Below, piece after piece: positions 26,822 to 39,133 of a stretch of 64,000 nt of DNA (its first letter is position 1; the number at the start of each line of letters is the position of its first letter). This DNA is from Eledone cirrhosa (lineage: Eukaryota), in assembly GCA_964016885.1 (NCBI GenBank), contig OZ024745.1, positions 51,956,001 through 52,020,000 on the forward strand, written 5' to 3'. The notes below the pieces were generated by a model. It had not been told where the DNA came from, did not search any database, and worked only from the letters and a program-made list of their open reading frames with translations. Position numbers and translations under genes: made by a program.

Positions 26822-27515
26822 TATATATGTGTGCATGTATGTATATATATACATACTACTGTACGTCTTTATACATATATGTATGTACGTATACATACAT
26901 ATTTACATTTAAATAAGTGCCGTACTAAGACTGAGAATTGAAATTTCGTTTCATTCTCTTCAATTTATCGTTTTCGGTGTGCCCGGCCGACTGAACTCAC
27001 TTGATATGCAAATTAGGCTGCTCAGCCGTTAATATGCATAAGGAAAGTATATACTTTCAGACGTTCAACCATTTAGCAGGTAAGTATACGATGCTGACGA
27101 TAGCTAATAAGCTTGAAACTAGTACATCGTTCCTGTGTCAGTGACGTGGTTGCCTGAACACTGTACGGCGTAATTCGGGTTGTTTGTTTGTTTACAAACA
27201 AACAAACCGAGCATTATAATAAATGTTCGGTAAACCGATACGTGCATATATATATATATGTGTGCATGTATGTATATATATACATACTAGTGTACGTTTG
27301 TATACATATATTTATGTACGTATACATACATACTTACATTTAAGTAAGTGCGGTACTAAGAGTGAGAAATGAAATTTCGTTTCATGTGTGCATGTGTGTA
27401 TATATATACATACTACTGTACGTCTGTATACATATATCTATGTACGTATACATACTTACATTTAAGTAAGTGCCGTACTAAGAGTGGGAAATGAAATTTC
27501 GTTTCATTCTATTCC
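26822..27515 (+). mobile_element. 431 bp hammerhead-bearing unit with terminal direct repeats, ending in (TA)n
   Basis: A block containing gtactaag recurs at 26922, 27353 and 27475. The hammerhead is at 27088-27130. Confidence 0.75.
27088..27130 (+). ncRNA. Minimal type I hammerhead ribozyme, canonical core
   Basis: acgatg-CTGACGA-t-agct(aata)agct-t-GAAA-ctag-TA-catcgt. Perfect 6 bp stem I, 4 bp stem II and palindromic stem III. Predicted cleavage is after 27124 (GUA). Confidence 0.9.
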
Positions 27516-27597
<82 letters not shown>

Positions 27598-28199
27598 TAT
27601 ATACGGATATGCTGCTACTAACTGGGAATTATATCACCATTATTCCAGTTATACCTCCGTAGTTTAAGGAAAGTAGTATGTATATTAACTATGTTTGATG
27701 TTGTATTTAGTTAGTATTTTTGCATATCTTTGATTAAATATGATAATAAATTCATATCCGTTTCGAATACATTGGATTGTTTGTGCATGTATATCACATG
27801 CATATTCCTACTTTCAGCTCATTAATATTTATATGTCTCTTATCCTATTCATCATTCAATCATCGTAATACGTTGTCATAACTAATTAGTCAAATCATAT
27901 GTTCTATATTTCTGTAAGAAAAGTAGAGAAAAAAACACGTAGCTACTTTATGTATATCATATATGTCGCTATATGTTTATTGGTATATGTCCTAGTATTT
28001 AACGTGTTGAATGTACTATCACCACGTCTTGATTTCGATTCCTCGACCAGGTTGTGTGTTGATGTCTTGAGGAAAACGCTTCATGTAAGTTGTCACTAGT
28101 ATACGCCGTCTAATCGCTATAATGCGAGCCCGGAATAACCTATAGATGATTGTCTTTGCAAACTGTTGCTTAACTGATGTGCTATTCCGATACATATAG

Positions 28200-28750
28200 T
28201 TTTTATGTGCCAGGTACGATGTTTAAGGCTTCAAATAAACGCGCCTCTATCCCTGTACCATCTACACCGATCATGCTCATTCCAAATTTCTGTTCTGAAT
28301 AGGCGACCATCTGTTGCTGTAGACACCCTAAACCATTCCTATTTACTACCCAAATGAAAACATTCATTAACAAGCTATCTAGAAGACTATGCGATTGGTT
28401 CAATTTATCACTGGCGCATTCGGGTAATCTAAGTGATATCTGTCACACAGTTGCAGTCGTCTGATCACCTTCTTGAGGATTTTCCACTACTACAGCTACA
28501 CTTACACATTTACAGTTTGCATCTAAGATGCCGTTTCACTCCGACGCTAACGGTGAAGGGCAATATTTGCCAAGACATGCCTTCAGACAACTCCATAATT
28601 ATGACTGTTCTTGCCGAGACTAACATAGACTGCCACTAGACTACAAAATCCACCTTCACTATTCATCATAACCAGGACCACCAACTTACAGTCCGGATCC
28701 AGGATGATAGTCCGTACCTCGAGATCCAGAAATTTCCTCCTTGCTAGATT
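28200..28750 (-). mobile_element. Old Tx1-type endonuclease fragment
   Basis: The minus strand encodes EVRTIILDPDCKLVVLVMMNSEGGFCSLVAVY and LCDRYHLDYPNAPV. These align with AIRAIFLDPEGKLVMLDVTSGDGQAFRLVAVY and LSDRYRLDFPNVPM of ORF 32545-33798. Confidence 0.7.
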
Positions 28751-30160
28751 GAGTTTTTATGTGAGACTATATTAGTTTTGTGTTATATATTTTTGCTTTG
28801 TATTCTGGGGTTTCCCCTCATCTTCACTGCAAAATATTTCACTGACATGGGTTATAACGTATCTGTGTGTATGTGTTTATGTGAGTGCCTATATGTGTAT
28901 GTGTGTGAGTGCCTATATGTGTATGTGTGTTTAGAGAGAACGGAGAGAGTGGAGAGACATTTGTTATGAGGCCAACTAGATGTTCTTGACCCGTCAACCG
29001 AATTATGCCTGTGACCTTATCCATATTTTCTGGTTTGATGAGGAACAACACCTCCACTCTGATATGAGGCAAGTTTTTCCGCCAGGTTCTTTTCACCTTA
29101 AGGAAGTATTTCGCATCATTCCGGAAAAACACAGTCCATGATGCAACAGATATCCACTCTGTTTGGATTCCTGAAATACTGATCTTCACAGTCCTTCTCA
29201 AAAATACGCTGGGCAGAAAATATATTGTTCACACTGACGTTGAACCACATTGTTTTAAGGCCTAGGCCTTACCTCAGAAGAACACTAAAATGGTTTCAAA
29301 TTGTATGGCGCCAGCATTGAGCTGGTTATAAGGCGATATGTCTCTCAGGGCTCTTACTATTCAGCTGAGGATGCTACAACAGGTTGTCACTTATTTGGCC
29401 AAAGGCATCGTCAGTTCAAAGTATTTTTGGCAGTTGCTGTTAATACAGCAGGCGGGACAGTTACATATGTCGATGCCAATCAAGTGTTTATATTTATAAA
29501 TTCTATATTTTAAAAAATAGCGTGTGTTTTGCAAACGTTATTGTAAACGTTTTACTTATGTTGTTATTCATGTTGAGTTAGGTTGTTCATATTTTTTTTT
29601 ATTGTTGTTCCTGTTGTTCTTAATACTTTTTGTGTGCCATTTTTGACTGTGATTCTGTTATATAATTGGTACAATGGCAGTGGGGATGTTGTTGGTGATG
29701 ATATAGTTGGTGATGATGTTGTTCGTGATGTTGTTGCTGGTGGTTGTTAGTGACGGGAAGGTTGTTGTTTTTTTCCGTTGTATGTTTTGCAGTTTTTGTG
29801 AATATGCAGACGGTTTCAGAGATTTTAAAAACAGAAAGTTAGCTTCATAATTTTAGTATACGGGGCTGTTGTTGTTGCAGTTTCTTTTTATGTGTGGGAT
29901 ATGCATGGTGTGGATAGCCGGCTCATGATTTCAGCGGTAGAATGTCTCTCATCCACTATGTCTATTTCTAAAGAAGAGAGGAGCGTATTTGTGAAAAGAA
30001 ACACAAAATTGCACTCAATGACTCCAAATTAAAGACAACTAACCAGTTACAAAACAATATACAATGTTCAGATGAATCTGTTTGAAAAACATGGAAGCAA
30101 ACAAGAGACACAACAACAAGAACAATAAGGAGAATAATGATAACACTAAGATGAAAAAAA

Positions 30161-30352
30161 TAGTAGTTTCTACACTTGCCACAAGGACAGGAATTACCCC
30201 CCGTGCATTGCTGGTGCTTCATTTTATCGACCCCGTAAGAATGAAAGGCAAAGGTAACCTAGTTTGCATTTGAACTCAGAACGTAAATGGCCATAGCTCT
30301 ATGTTGCGAAGCATGGTGTCTGAAGCACCACCAATACTGCCAATCCACAGCC
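30161..30352 (-). mobile_element. Diverged S2 SINE
   Basis: Aligns along its full length to 13129-13309. Confidence 0.85.
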
Positions 30353-30353
30353 C

Positions 30354-30396
<43 letters not shown>

Positions 30397-30638
30397 TTTT
30401 CTTTATTAACCACAAGGGTTTACATGAAGTAGACATTAAGGACAGTACAGGACAATAAAGGACGGTACAAATGGACATTTCTGCGTGTAAAAAAAATAGA
30501 GGATGTAATAAAAAGAATAACAATGAAAAACTCCCCAATAGGGGGGAGACTTCCGAGGGACATTTGTGGAGAAATCCCATTAAAAGGCCACAGTGGCCCT
30601 GACAACCAGGGCAACTGCTCTCTCCCTGTTTTCCACCT

Positions 30639-33600
30639 TTAATTTACAGACACATACTCAGAGTAGGCCCATTCACTCGGGCCATACTTGCTTCTCTCAA
30701 CAAAATGCTGGGAAGAGAGCACTTCCCTCTCTACCCTGATTTTCCTTTTCAAATGAAATTTGAAAAAGTTAATCAGGGCATCACCGAAGAGGTAAGTGCT
30801 CGTCTTCAGCCCTTTCAAACGTGTCCACAATACTATCTCTTTCGCCATGGCCACCAGACAGATAAACACTGCCTGCCCTTCCCGGCTAAAGGAAGAGGGC
30901 GGGGAAATCCTCACGATGGACTCAGCTGATAGCTGGATCCGTCCTGCACGTGACAGCAGGTGCTCGACATAAACCCACGAGTCCGCAATGCTCGGACACT
31001 GGACGAGTGCGTGCAGGACGGTTTCGCAGGACGGCTGACGGCACGTCCATGCCTGTAGAGTGTATCCCGAACTGGCAAAGCTCCTCGGTAGCACTGCCAG
31101 GCCAGGGATTTCTGGAAGTTGTCCATAGGCCCCGGCCCGAAAGTCCTTCCGAAGAGATTGGCTATTTGATTTTCGTCGACGCCTAGAGTTTCTCCAAGTA
31201 CGTCGTCGCTCTTCCCCTCCACTAATCCTCTATAGAAAGCCAAGGTGGAGTTTCCACCGATCACATTGCTCGATTGGTCGAGGGCTGTGAGTGCTGAAGA
31301 CATTTCAGTGTCCAAGCGCTCCCTCTCGGTCTTCGCTTGACCCAGGACTGCAGCTCCCTCAAGGAGACGAGCTGGGGAAAGATGTGTCTAGTAAACGGCG
31401 ACCACACCTGATAACCGTCGAGGAAGAGGTGGAAATGTCGTAGCCTAAGCGCGTGTCTGAGCATCATCAGCCACGGCTTGCCCAGCCCTCCACATAGCGG
31501 GTGTTGACAGCAGATGGACCGCCTGACCATCGGAGCGCGTCCCTTCCACAAAAAAGCGAAAGAGTAAACGCTCCAGCGCAGTCAGGCGGGGCTTAGGACA
31601 AGGTACGACGGTCAGGCGGTAGTAGATGACGGACGCGATGTACGCGTTAGCCACCTCCGCTCGACCTTTCAGGGATAGCTTCCTCTCCGCCCATTTCTGG
31701 GTGAGAGAAGCCACCCTGCTCGTCACCTCGTCTCAGTTTTTGTCCGTCTGGAGGTCCGCACCGAACCAGACCCTAGCAATTTAACCGCTCCATCCGTCCA
31801 GCGCCCCACGAAGCTGTTAAACGGCATGGATCTACTCTCTAGGTGCCGAGCTGCAAGCCCACTGACTTTTCCTGGTTGATCATTGCTCCTGTCACCGCTT
31901 CGTATTCTGTTAGTGTAGTGCCGATCGCCTCGCTATGTTTGGCGTTCGACACCACTACGGTGACATCGTCCGCATATGATGACACGAATCTTCCGCATCC
32001 TAGTTCGCGCGGGACCCCCCCCCCCCTCAACGTCTCCAGTTTGTGCAGTAATGGCTTGAGAGTCAATACGTACAAGAGGGACAAGAGGGGACATCCTTAG
32101 CGGACCGAGCGCATGATGTTGAACGGTTCCGAAAGGTGACCGTTCACTCTCACCACAGAGCAGATGTCGTTGTGCATGGCAGCGATCCAGCCTCTGAAGA
32201 CGGACCCAGAACCAGCCGCACCCAGGACTGCCGCTAGGTAACGATGGTCGACCCTATCGAAAGCTTTCGACTGATCTAAATTGATCAAGGAACCACCTGT
32301 GCCAGGTTCCCTAGCCACCCTCTCAACGATGTATCGCATGAGGTGGAGGTTGTCGTGTATGGATATGTCGGGAAAGGCTCATGTTGCGCCTCTCCAACCA
32401 GACCAGCAACGACAAGCGCCAACCTCTTTGCTAGCACCTTGGCCAAAATCTTGAACTCAGTGTTTAGAAGAGTTATGGGCCTGAAATTATCTATGTTATC
32501 CCCCTTGTTCGGATCATTTCTCAGCGGCGCCACAGCTCCTCGGCTCACAGAGCTGGGAATTCTCCCGTTCTGTTGCCAGATGCAGTAGACGTCCGCCAAG
32601 AGGCCTCCGAACAAGTCTGGCATATGTATGTAAAGTTCATAGGGCAGGCCATCCATACCAGGCGATTTACCCCTTGTGCAGCCAGTCTTGCCTCCCGTAC
32701 TTCAGTGGCTGTTATGGGCTTTTCGCAACACTCCGCCTCAGTGGCCGAGAGCCGCGGCAGTCCGTCGAGGTAGACACTAACTTCCATCCCTTGAATCGGC
32801 CCGCCGCTGCCCCCGAACAGCTGGGCGAAGTGTCGCTGGAAAGCTTCACACATTTGCCCGGGATCGAGTAGCATGCGCCCGTCGTGGTCCACCAAAGACC
32901 GGATCGAGGGTTTGTTGCCACGACGCGCCTCCGCCACTCGGGCCCATTGAACGGCTTTAGTCCCCTCGTGTCTGAGAGCACGCACCCTAGCTCTGACAAC
33001 GCAGCCTTTGTGCTTTGCATTGAAGAATTGGTCAAGGGCCAATTTCGCCGGAAGCACGTCGCTCGCGATGCCTTTTCTAAGGGCCTCGTCTAAATTTCTA
33101 ACTAGATCTCCCTCTGCTCTATTCTCTATTACTAAAGCCTTACTAAACCTAATGGATTCTATTCTAATCGCTCTTTTCAGAGCAAACCACCACTCGTTGT
33201 TGACGATGGCCTCCGTCAACGCCCGCTTAACTAGTTCGCTAATCCGGTCTCTGTAGACCTTGCGCGCTAGTAAGGACGCGTTTAGCTTCCAGTAGCCGGC
33301 TCCTCGTCTATGAAGCCTATCTAAGTCAAGCAAACAGATCACGAATTTGTGGTCCGTGTAGCTGACTATCTTGAATTGTGGACAGCCTATGCTAGACCTA
33401 TCTATTTCCCTACAAAATACTCTATCTAGATATGATCTGGATGACCTTATGCGATTTGTCCAAGTCCACATTGGCACATTCGGGAAATCCAATCGGTACC
33501 TGTCAGACAGTTCAAAATGCCTGAGCATGTTGGTGAGGCTCTTGCACCCTCCACCCTTATCCGTTAATCCCACACAGTCCCAGTGTGCATCTAATATCCC

Positions 33601-33798
33601 ATTCCAGTCGCCTACTAACACTAAAGACCGGGACGTTCCAAGAAAGGTCTCCAGACGCCGGAAGAAATCAGGCCGCCCTGCTCCTGTCGGGGCATAGACG
33701 GCCACTAGCCTGAAAGCTTGCCCGTCTCCGCTGGTTACGTCCAACATCACCAACTTACCCTCTGGGTCCAGGAAGATGGCCCGTATGGCGAGATCCAT
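30639..33798 (-). pseudogene. Tx1-type ORF2 (APE endonuclease, reverse transcriptase, C-terminal zinc finger), frameshifted
   Basis: Motifs: VAVYAP, GDWNG, SYLDRVF, TDHK, YWKLNASLL, DGLPYELY, NFRPITLLNTEFKILAKVLAKRL, LDQSKAFDRVDH, YADDVT, LSLKGRAEV, ETVLHALVQC. The endonuclease N-terminus appears to be deleted. Confidence 0.9.
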
Positions 33799-34286
33799 GA
33801 GTATGTCCGAATATACTCTCCGGTTGAGAGTCCCTCCTAAGTCTCTGAAATCACCAACTGCGTTGGGGAATTTCGTTTTAATGTCTGTGTTTTGTTTCTG
33901 TGTAATTCTTACCAGTCTTATGTTCGTTGGTGTTCGTTTTGATTGGTGTTCGTTTTGATTGGTGCTGGTATTATGTAGTCGTGCTGTGAAATATCTGTGT
34001 ATTTAATTATGTAAGTCATTAGTTTCTTGTTGTGTGTATTTATTGCCGTGCATTTGTTTTTCTGGCGGTGGGGTGTGGTTCTGCTATTTTCTTGTCGTTT
34101 TTGCTGGGTGTGTGTGTTTTGTTGTGTTTGCGATGCTGGTGCTTGTGTTGGTGGTGTTGAAGGTGTTGTTGTTGTTGGCGGTGGGGTTGTCGCCGGTGGT
34201 GATGGTGGTGCTAGTGTGGGTGGTGATTGTGTTGGTGGTGTTGCTGCTGTGAGTCTCTTTGCAGTAGCCTTTATCCTTTTTTCATT

Positions 34287-35313
34287 TCATTCCTCCCTTT
34301 TCGAAGGCGACGATGCGATGTTTCTGCGTTTGTGCCTTCTTGAGACCTTTTGCCATCCCTCTCCAACCTCACACTCCATGTCCGATTCTGTGAGGTCGAG
34401 GAGGGGTACCAGCTCCACTCTTTCACTTGTTGTTGTTGGTGATGTTTGCAGAGGAGTCTCTGTTGGAGCTGCAGTTGGTATTACTGTTGTTGTTGTTAAT
34501 ACTTCCACTGCTGCTGTTGTTCTTGATTTCCGCAGCGTGGGTATGGGTGCCACGGACCTATCGTTCCTTGTTGCCGCTTGTCCTGTTGCTGGTAGCAGTG
34601 GAGCCGGTTTCGGAAGGAGGGGGTTTTCTCCTTTCTCAGGGTCTTCTCGTTGCAGAAGGCCCTGAGGTGAGTCTTCGATCCACAGCGAAAGCATTTTGGG
34701 CGTTTGCCCTCAACACTTATGGGCAGTTGAGTGCCGTTATCGAAGTCTATCACATCCGGGATAGCTTCGATGCACTCCTGGTTGGTTTGGATTAATATCT
34801 CAATGGAGGTGCCGACCCAATCTTCTCTTACTCTTTTCTGTACTTGCAGTGCAGTTGTTTTGTCCTCGATTCCGACGAGGACAGACGCGGCCAGCCAAGA
34901 AGGGGCCATCCCGGGGGTGGGGAGGTGGACGTGGGTCAGTTTGACCCTCACAATTTTTTGCCCGCAGTAGGAGGGCACCAACACCATTTCCACGCTCCTT
35001 AGGATCACTAAGGATTGAGCCTTTGCCTCCTGGGGTGTGGCAAAAAGCACGTCTACGGTGGCATATTTCTTGCCTCGTGCGTTTTCTGCTGCCACACAGA
35101 CCCTAAGGCTTTTGGTATTTGAGCCTCTGTGGCTCTTTCAACCCTACGGGATTTTGTGCTTACTGTACGGTACGTGACCGTACAGTGCTGTTGGGTTTCG
35201 AAAAATGTTTCGGCTGCCTTGCAGATTGTTCGGTGTACGGTTTTCGTCACCATCTTCTTCGCTTCCTGTAATTCCTCATTTGTTATGAGGATGGTTTCCA
35301 GGTTCTTTGCCAT
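34287..35313 (-). pseudogene. Tx1-type ORF1 (gag-like), frameshifted
   Basis: CFRCGSKTHLRAFC zinc knuckle, a Thr-rich linker and an EGWQKVSRRHKRR motif, spread over three ORF pieces. It may extend upstream to 35862. Confidence 0.75.
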
Positions 35314-35454
35314 ACCTGCAAACGAGATTGTTTTTTTTTTTTGCCGCTGTTGTTGTTGTTGTTGTTGTTGTTGTTGTCGTCAGAGCTGCTGTTACTTTTG
35401 TTGTTGCTGCAGTACTACGACTACTGCCGCCGCCGCTGTTGCTGTGGTTGTTGT

Positions 35455-35486
<32 letters not shown>

Positions 35487-36120
35487 TTGCTGCTAATGCT
35501 GTTGTTGTTTATGCTGCTGCTGATGCTGTTGCGGCTGCTACTGTTGTTTTCCTTGTCACTGTGTTGCTGCCGCTGCTGTTATTACGGCTGCTACTGCTAT
35601 TATTCATGACGTCAGACGAATGAAATGGGTTTTCGTATTTACAGCACATCTTTTTCGTCGTTCTCGTCGACGTGGAGAAATGTTCCATGCTTTGCACGTG
35701 ATTTTTCTTTACTGCCGTCGCTTGCGAAAGAGAAGGGAGGGAGAGAGACACATTTAGAGAAGGGAGGGAGAGAGACAATCTTCTCTCTGCTGTAGTGACG
35801 ATTGAGGAAGAAGAAGACGGAATGAGTGGGAGTGACTTGTGAAAATTATTTTTCGTAGCCATGTTTTTTTTTTTTTAAATAAATATCGGGCACAAAACCC
35901 TAGTAAGCGGGTATTTAACCCCGAAGGGCCAAATAACGGGCAGAAAGACCCCTCTCCCGAGGAGGAGGGTGTTTTTGACTACAAATTGGTTAAAGTTTTA
36001 AAAAATTTACAATTGATATAGCGGTCAAAATGTACAATACCTTACAGAGCCGAGCCTCCGTCAACCATGGCATTCAAAAATAATAATAATAATATTAACA
36101 ATAATAATAATAATAATAAT

Positions 36121-36400
36121 AAGGCGCACTAGGAATGATTCCTAAGGGGTCTAATGATTACTTATCGCAAATCCCAGGAAACTCGCGTATAGGAGAAATA
36201 CAAAAGATAGTACTAATGGGAACTGCCCATTTACTAAGGAAGATTCTGTCAATATAAGGACATCACAAGTCTAACCACCTAAAGATGCATGTGTGAGTAT
36301 GTATGTTGTTTCTTGAACATGGCGGACCTTGTTGTCTCTTGAGGTCACTGGTTGTGACTTGGTGATAACTCGTATGAACATAAAGCAAGATAAATGCAGC
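36121..36400 (+). mobile_element. Severely 5'-truncated R4/Dong family A copy
   Basis: Matches 38832-39112, with (TAA)n on both sides. Confidence 0.9.
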
Positions 36401-36469
<69 letters not shown>

Positions 36470-36472
<3 letters not shown>

Positions 36473-36653
36473 TGTTTCTACTTTTAGCACAAGGCCATCA
36501 ATTAACCAGTACATTACTGGTACTTTATTTTATAGACCCCGTAAGGATGAAAGGCAAAGTCAACCTAGGCGGGATTTGAACTCAGATCGTAAAGGGACAT
36601 AACTATGCTGGAAAGCATGGCGTCCGACCCTCTACCGATACTGCCAATCCACC
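36470..36653 (-). mobile_element. Full-length S2 SINE within (TAA)n
   Basis: Near-identical to 13129-13309. Confidence 0.9.
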
Positions 36654-36685
<32 letters not shown>

Positions 36686-39112
36686 TTGGCTCTAAGAAAA
36701 ACCAGCAAATGGAAATCCCCAGGAAAAGACAAAATACAAAATTTTTGGATAAATTCCTTCACAGAGTCTCATGAGCTGTTAGCCCAACTTTACAATGAAA
36801 TAGTTAAGGAGCCAGAAAAGATACCATCATGGCTAGTTAACGGCATTATATTCTTGCTTCCGAAGAATGATGAGACAAACAATCCCAAAAATTACAGACC
36901 GATAACTTGCTTGACCACAATATATAAAATGTTAACATCAGTCCTAACTGAATACACATATGACCACCTGATAACAAATGACCTACTTCCCATTGAGCAG
37001 AAAGGGTGTAAACGAGGCTCATATGGCTGTAAGGATGAGCTTTTGGTTAACAAAATGATACTGGAAGATTGTCATAATAGACACAAAAATCTATCAATTG
37101 CTTGGATAGATTATAAAAAAAGCATTCGATAGTTTGCCATAGAGTTGGATTGAAAAATGTTTAGAAATTTTTAAAATATCCCCCGTTGTCATGAGGTGTT
37201 TGTCATTCAGTATGAAGACATGGAAAACGACACTCCTTTTGAATAGTGAAACAAAATCACTGGAAGCTGGAGAAGTTAATATTAATTGTGGAATTTTTCA
37301 GGGTGACTCTTTATCACCGCTTTTATTCTGCATCGCACTTATACCATTAAGTAAAATGCTCAATGAAACAAAACATGGATATAAAGTCTATGACAAAACC
37401 ATTAATCACTTGTTCTACATGGATGACCTGAAACTATTTGCAAAAAATGATTAACAATTACAAGGGCTGTTATCCACTGTGGAGCAGTTCAGTGATGACA
37501 TTAAAATGGAGTTTGGACTAGACAAATGCGCCAAATCAACGTTCACCAGAGGAAAGCTGCTGAAGCGTTCAGACATTAATCTTGATCGGGGGGACGTGAT
37601 AAGAGAACTTGATCAAGAAAAAACTTACAAATATCTTGGTGTTTGTGAAGGAGACGTGAATCAAGCACTCGACAATGAGGGAAAGGATAAGGAAGGAATG
37701 TTACCGCAGAGTAAGAGCAATCTTAAGAACGGAATTGAATGCAAGGAGTAGGATCGATGCCATAAACACGCTTGCCATACAAGTAGTAACCTACAGTTAC
37801 AATGTCATCAACTGGTCAAGCACAGAGATCCGTAGGCTCGATACAAAAATTCGAAAACTCTTAACCATGCAAAGAATGCATCACCCTAAGGCAGATATAG
37901 ATAGAATATATCTCCCTAGGAAAGAAGGAGGACGTGGGTTAATCCAGTTAGACATTGCGTTGAAAACTGCAACAATTGCATTATCTACATATCTAAGGGA
38001 ATCACATGATTGGATGATCAAACTCGTTTTGAAACACAAAAGCATCAAAAGATCATATTCCATTACAAAAGATGCACAAAGATACAGTAATGGACTACAC
38101 ATTTCAGAAGTCCCATTTACTGCTGAAATGGAAAACACAGAAAAAGCAAAGCAGGTAAAAGTAACTGCAAAGAAAGAACTGCTACAGAAACTGGCTAAGA
38201 AATGGCAAGAAAAGCCTCTGTATGGAAAATACCCAGAGCGAGTTAACAATCCTGATGTTGACAAAACTTTAACCCATCAGTGGTTGGCATCCTCTGGACT
38301 GAAATCGGAGACTGAAGGACTGATTATATCAGCACAAGATCAGTGTCTGCCAACAAAAAATTACCAAGCCAACATAATAAAAAATGGATGCAGCCCATTA
38401 TGCCGTGTATGCAAAAAACAACCAGAGACCATTGACCATATAATTTCAATGTGCAGTCCTATAGCTCCAACCGAATACCTAAACAGGCCTGACAGAGCTG
38501 CACAATACATACATTCGATAATGTGTAAGCATTTTGACCTGCCCCATCAAAAGAACTGGTGGGAGCATCAACCACCTCCCATACATGAAAAAGATCACAT
38601 CTCAATCTTGTGGAACTTTAGCATCCAAACAGACCGAAAAATAGATGCAAATAGACCTGATATAATATTGAAGGACTTCAAAAAGAGGGGATGCCTGATA
38701 ATTGATATGTCTGTTCCAATAAACAAGAATGTATCTATAAAAACATTTGAAAAATTGAGCAAGTATAAGCACCTGGAGATAGAAATTGGAAAAATGTGGA
38801 AATTGAGAACTAAAACAATACCAGTGGTTGTAGGCGCTCTGGGAATGATACCTAAGGGGTCTAATGATTACTTATCGCAAATCCCAGGAAACCCGCGTAT
38901 GGAAGAAATACAAAAGATAGTACTAATGGGAACTGCCCATATACTAAGGAAGATTCTGTCAATATAAGTACATCACAAGTCTAAACACTAAAGATGCATG
39001 TGTGAGTATGTATGTTCTTTCTTGAACATGGCGGACCTTGTTGTCTCTTGAGGTCACAGGTTGTGACTTGGTGATAACCCGTATGAACATAAAGCAAGAT
39101 AAATGCAACTGT
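36686..39112 (+). mobile_element. 5'-truncated R4/Dong-clade non-LTR retrotransposon, family A (RT + restriction-like endonuclease)
   Basis: Motifs: WKSPGKD, NYRPITCL, EQKGC, WIDYKK, GIFQGDSLSPLLF, FYMDDLKLF, YKYLG, EGGRGL, CRVC..ETIDHIISMC, NRPDIIL..IIDMSVP..EKLSKY, IPVVVGALG. It carries frameshifts and a stop, and has a (TAA)n tail. Confidence 0.92.
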
Positions 39113-39133
39113 AATAATAATAATAATAATAAT

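Larger units (their letters stand above)
30395..36079 (-). mobile_element. Near full-length, degraded Tx1/L1-clade LINE inserted in (TAA)n
   Basis: ORF1 has a CCHC knuckle and ORF2 has APE endonuclease and RT. The 3' end is AATAAAGAAAAC followed by (ATT)n. TAA tracts lie at 30355-30394 and 36080-36120. Confidence 0.9.

Noticed and set aside
29050-29480. Possible RTE endonuclease remnant on the minus strand
   Set aside because: Too degraded to support a call.
34027-35623. Plus-strand Val/Gly/Leu-rich ORFs
   Set aside because: These are antisense shadows of low-complexity parts of the Tx1 ORF1 region.
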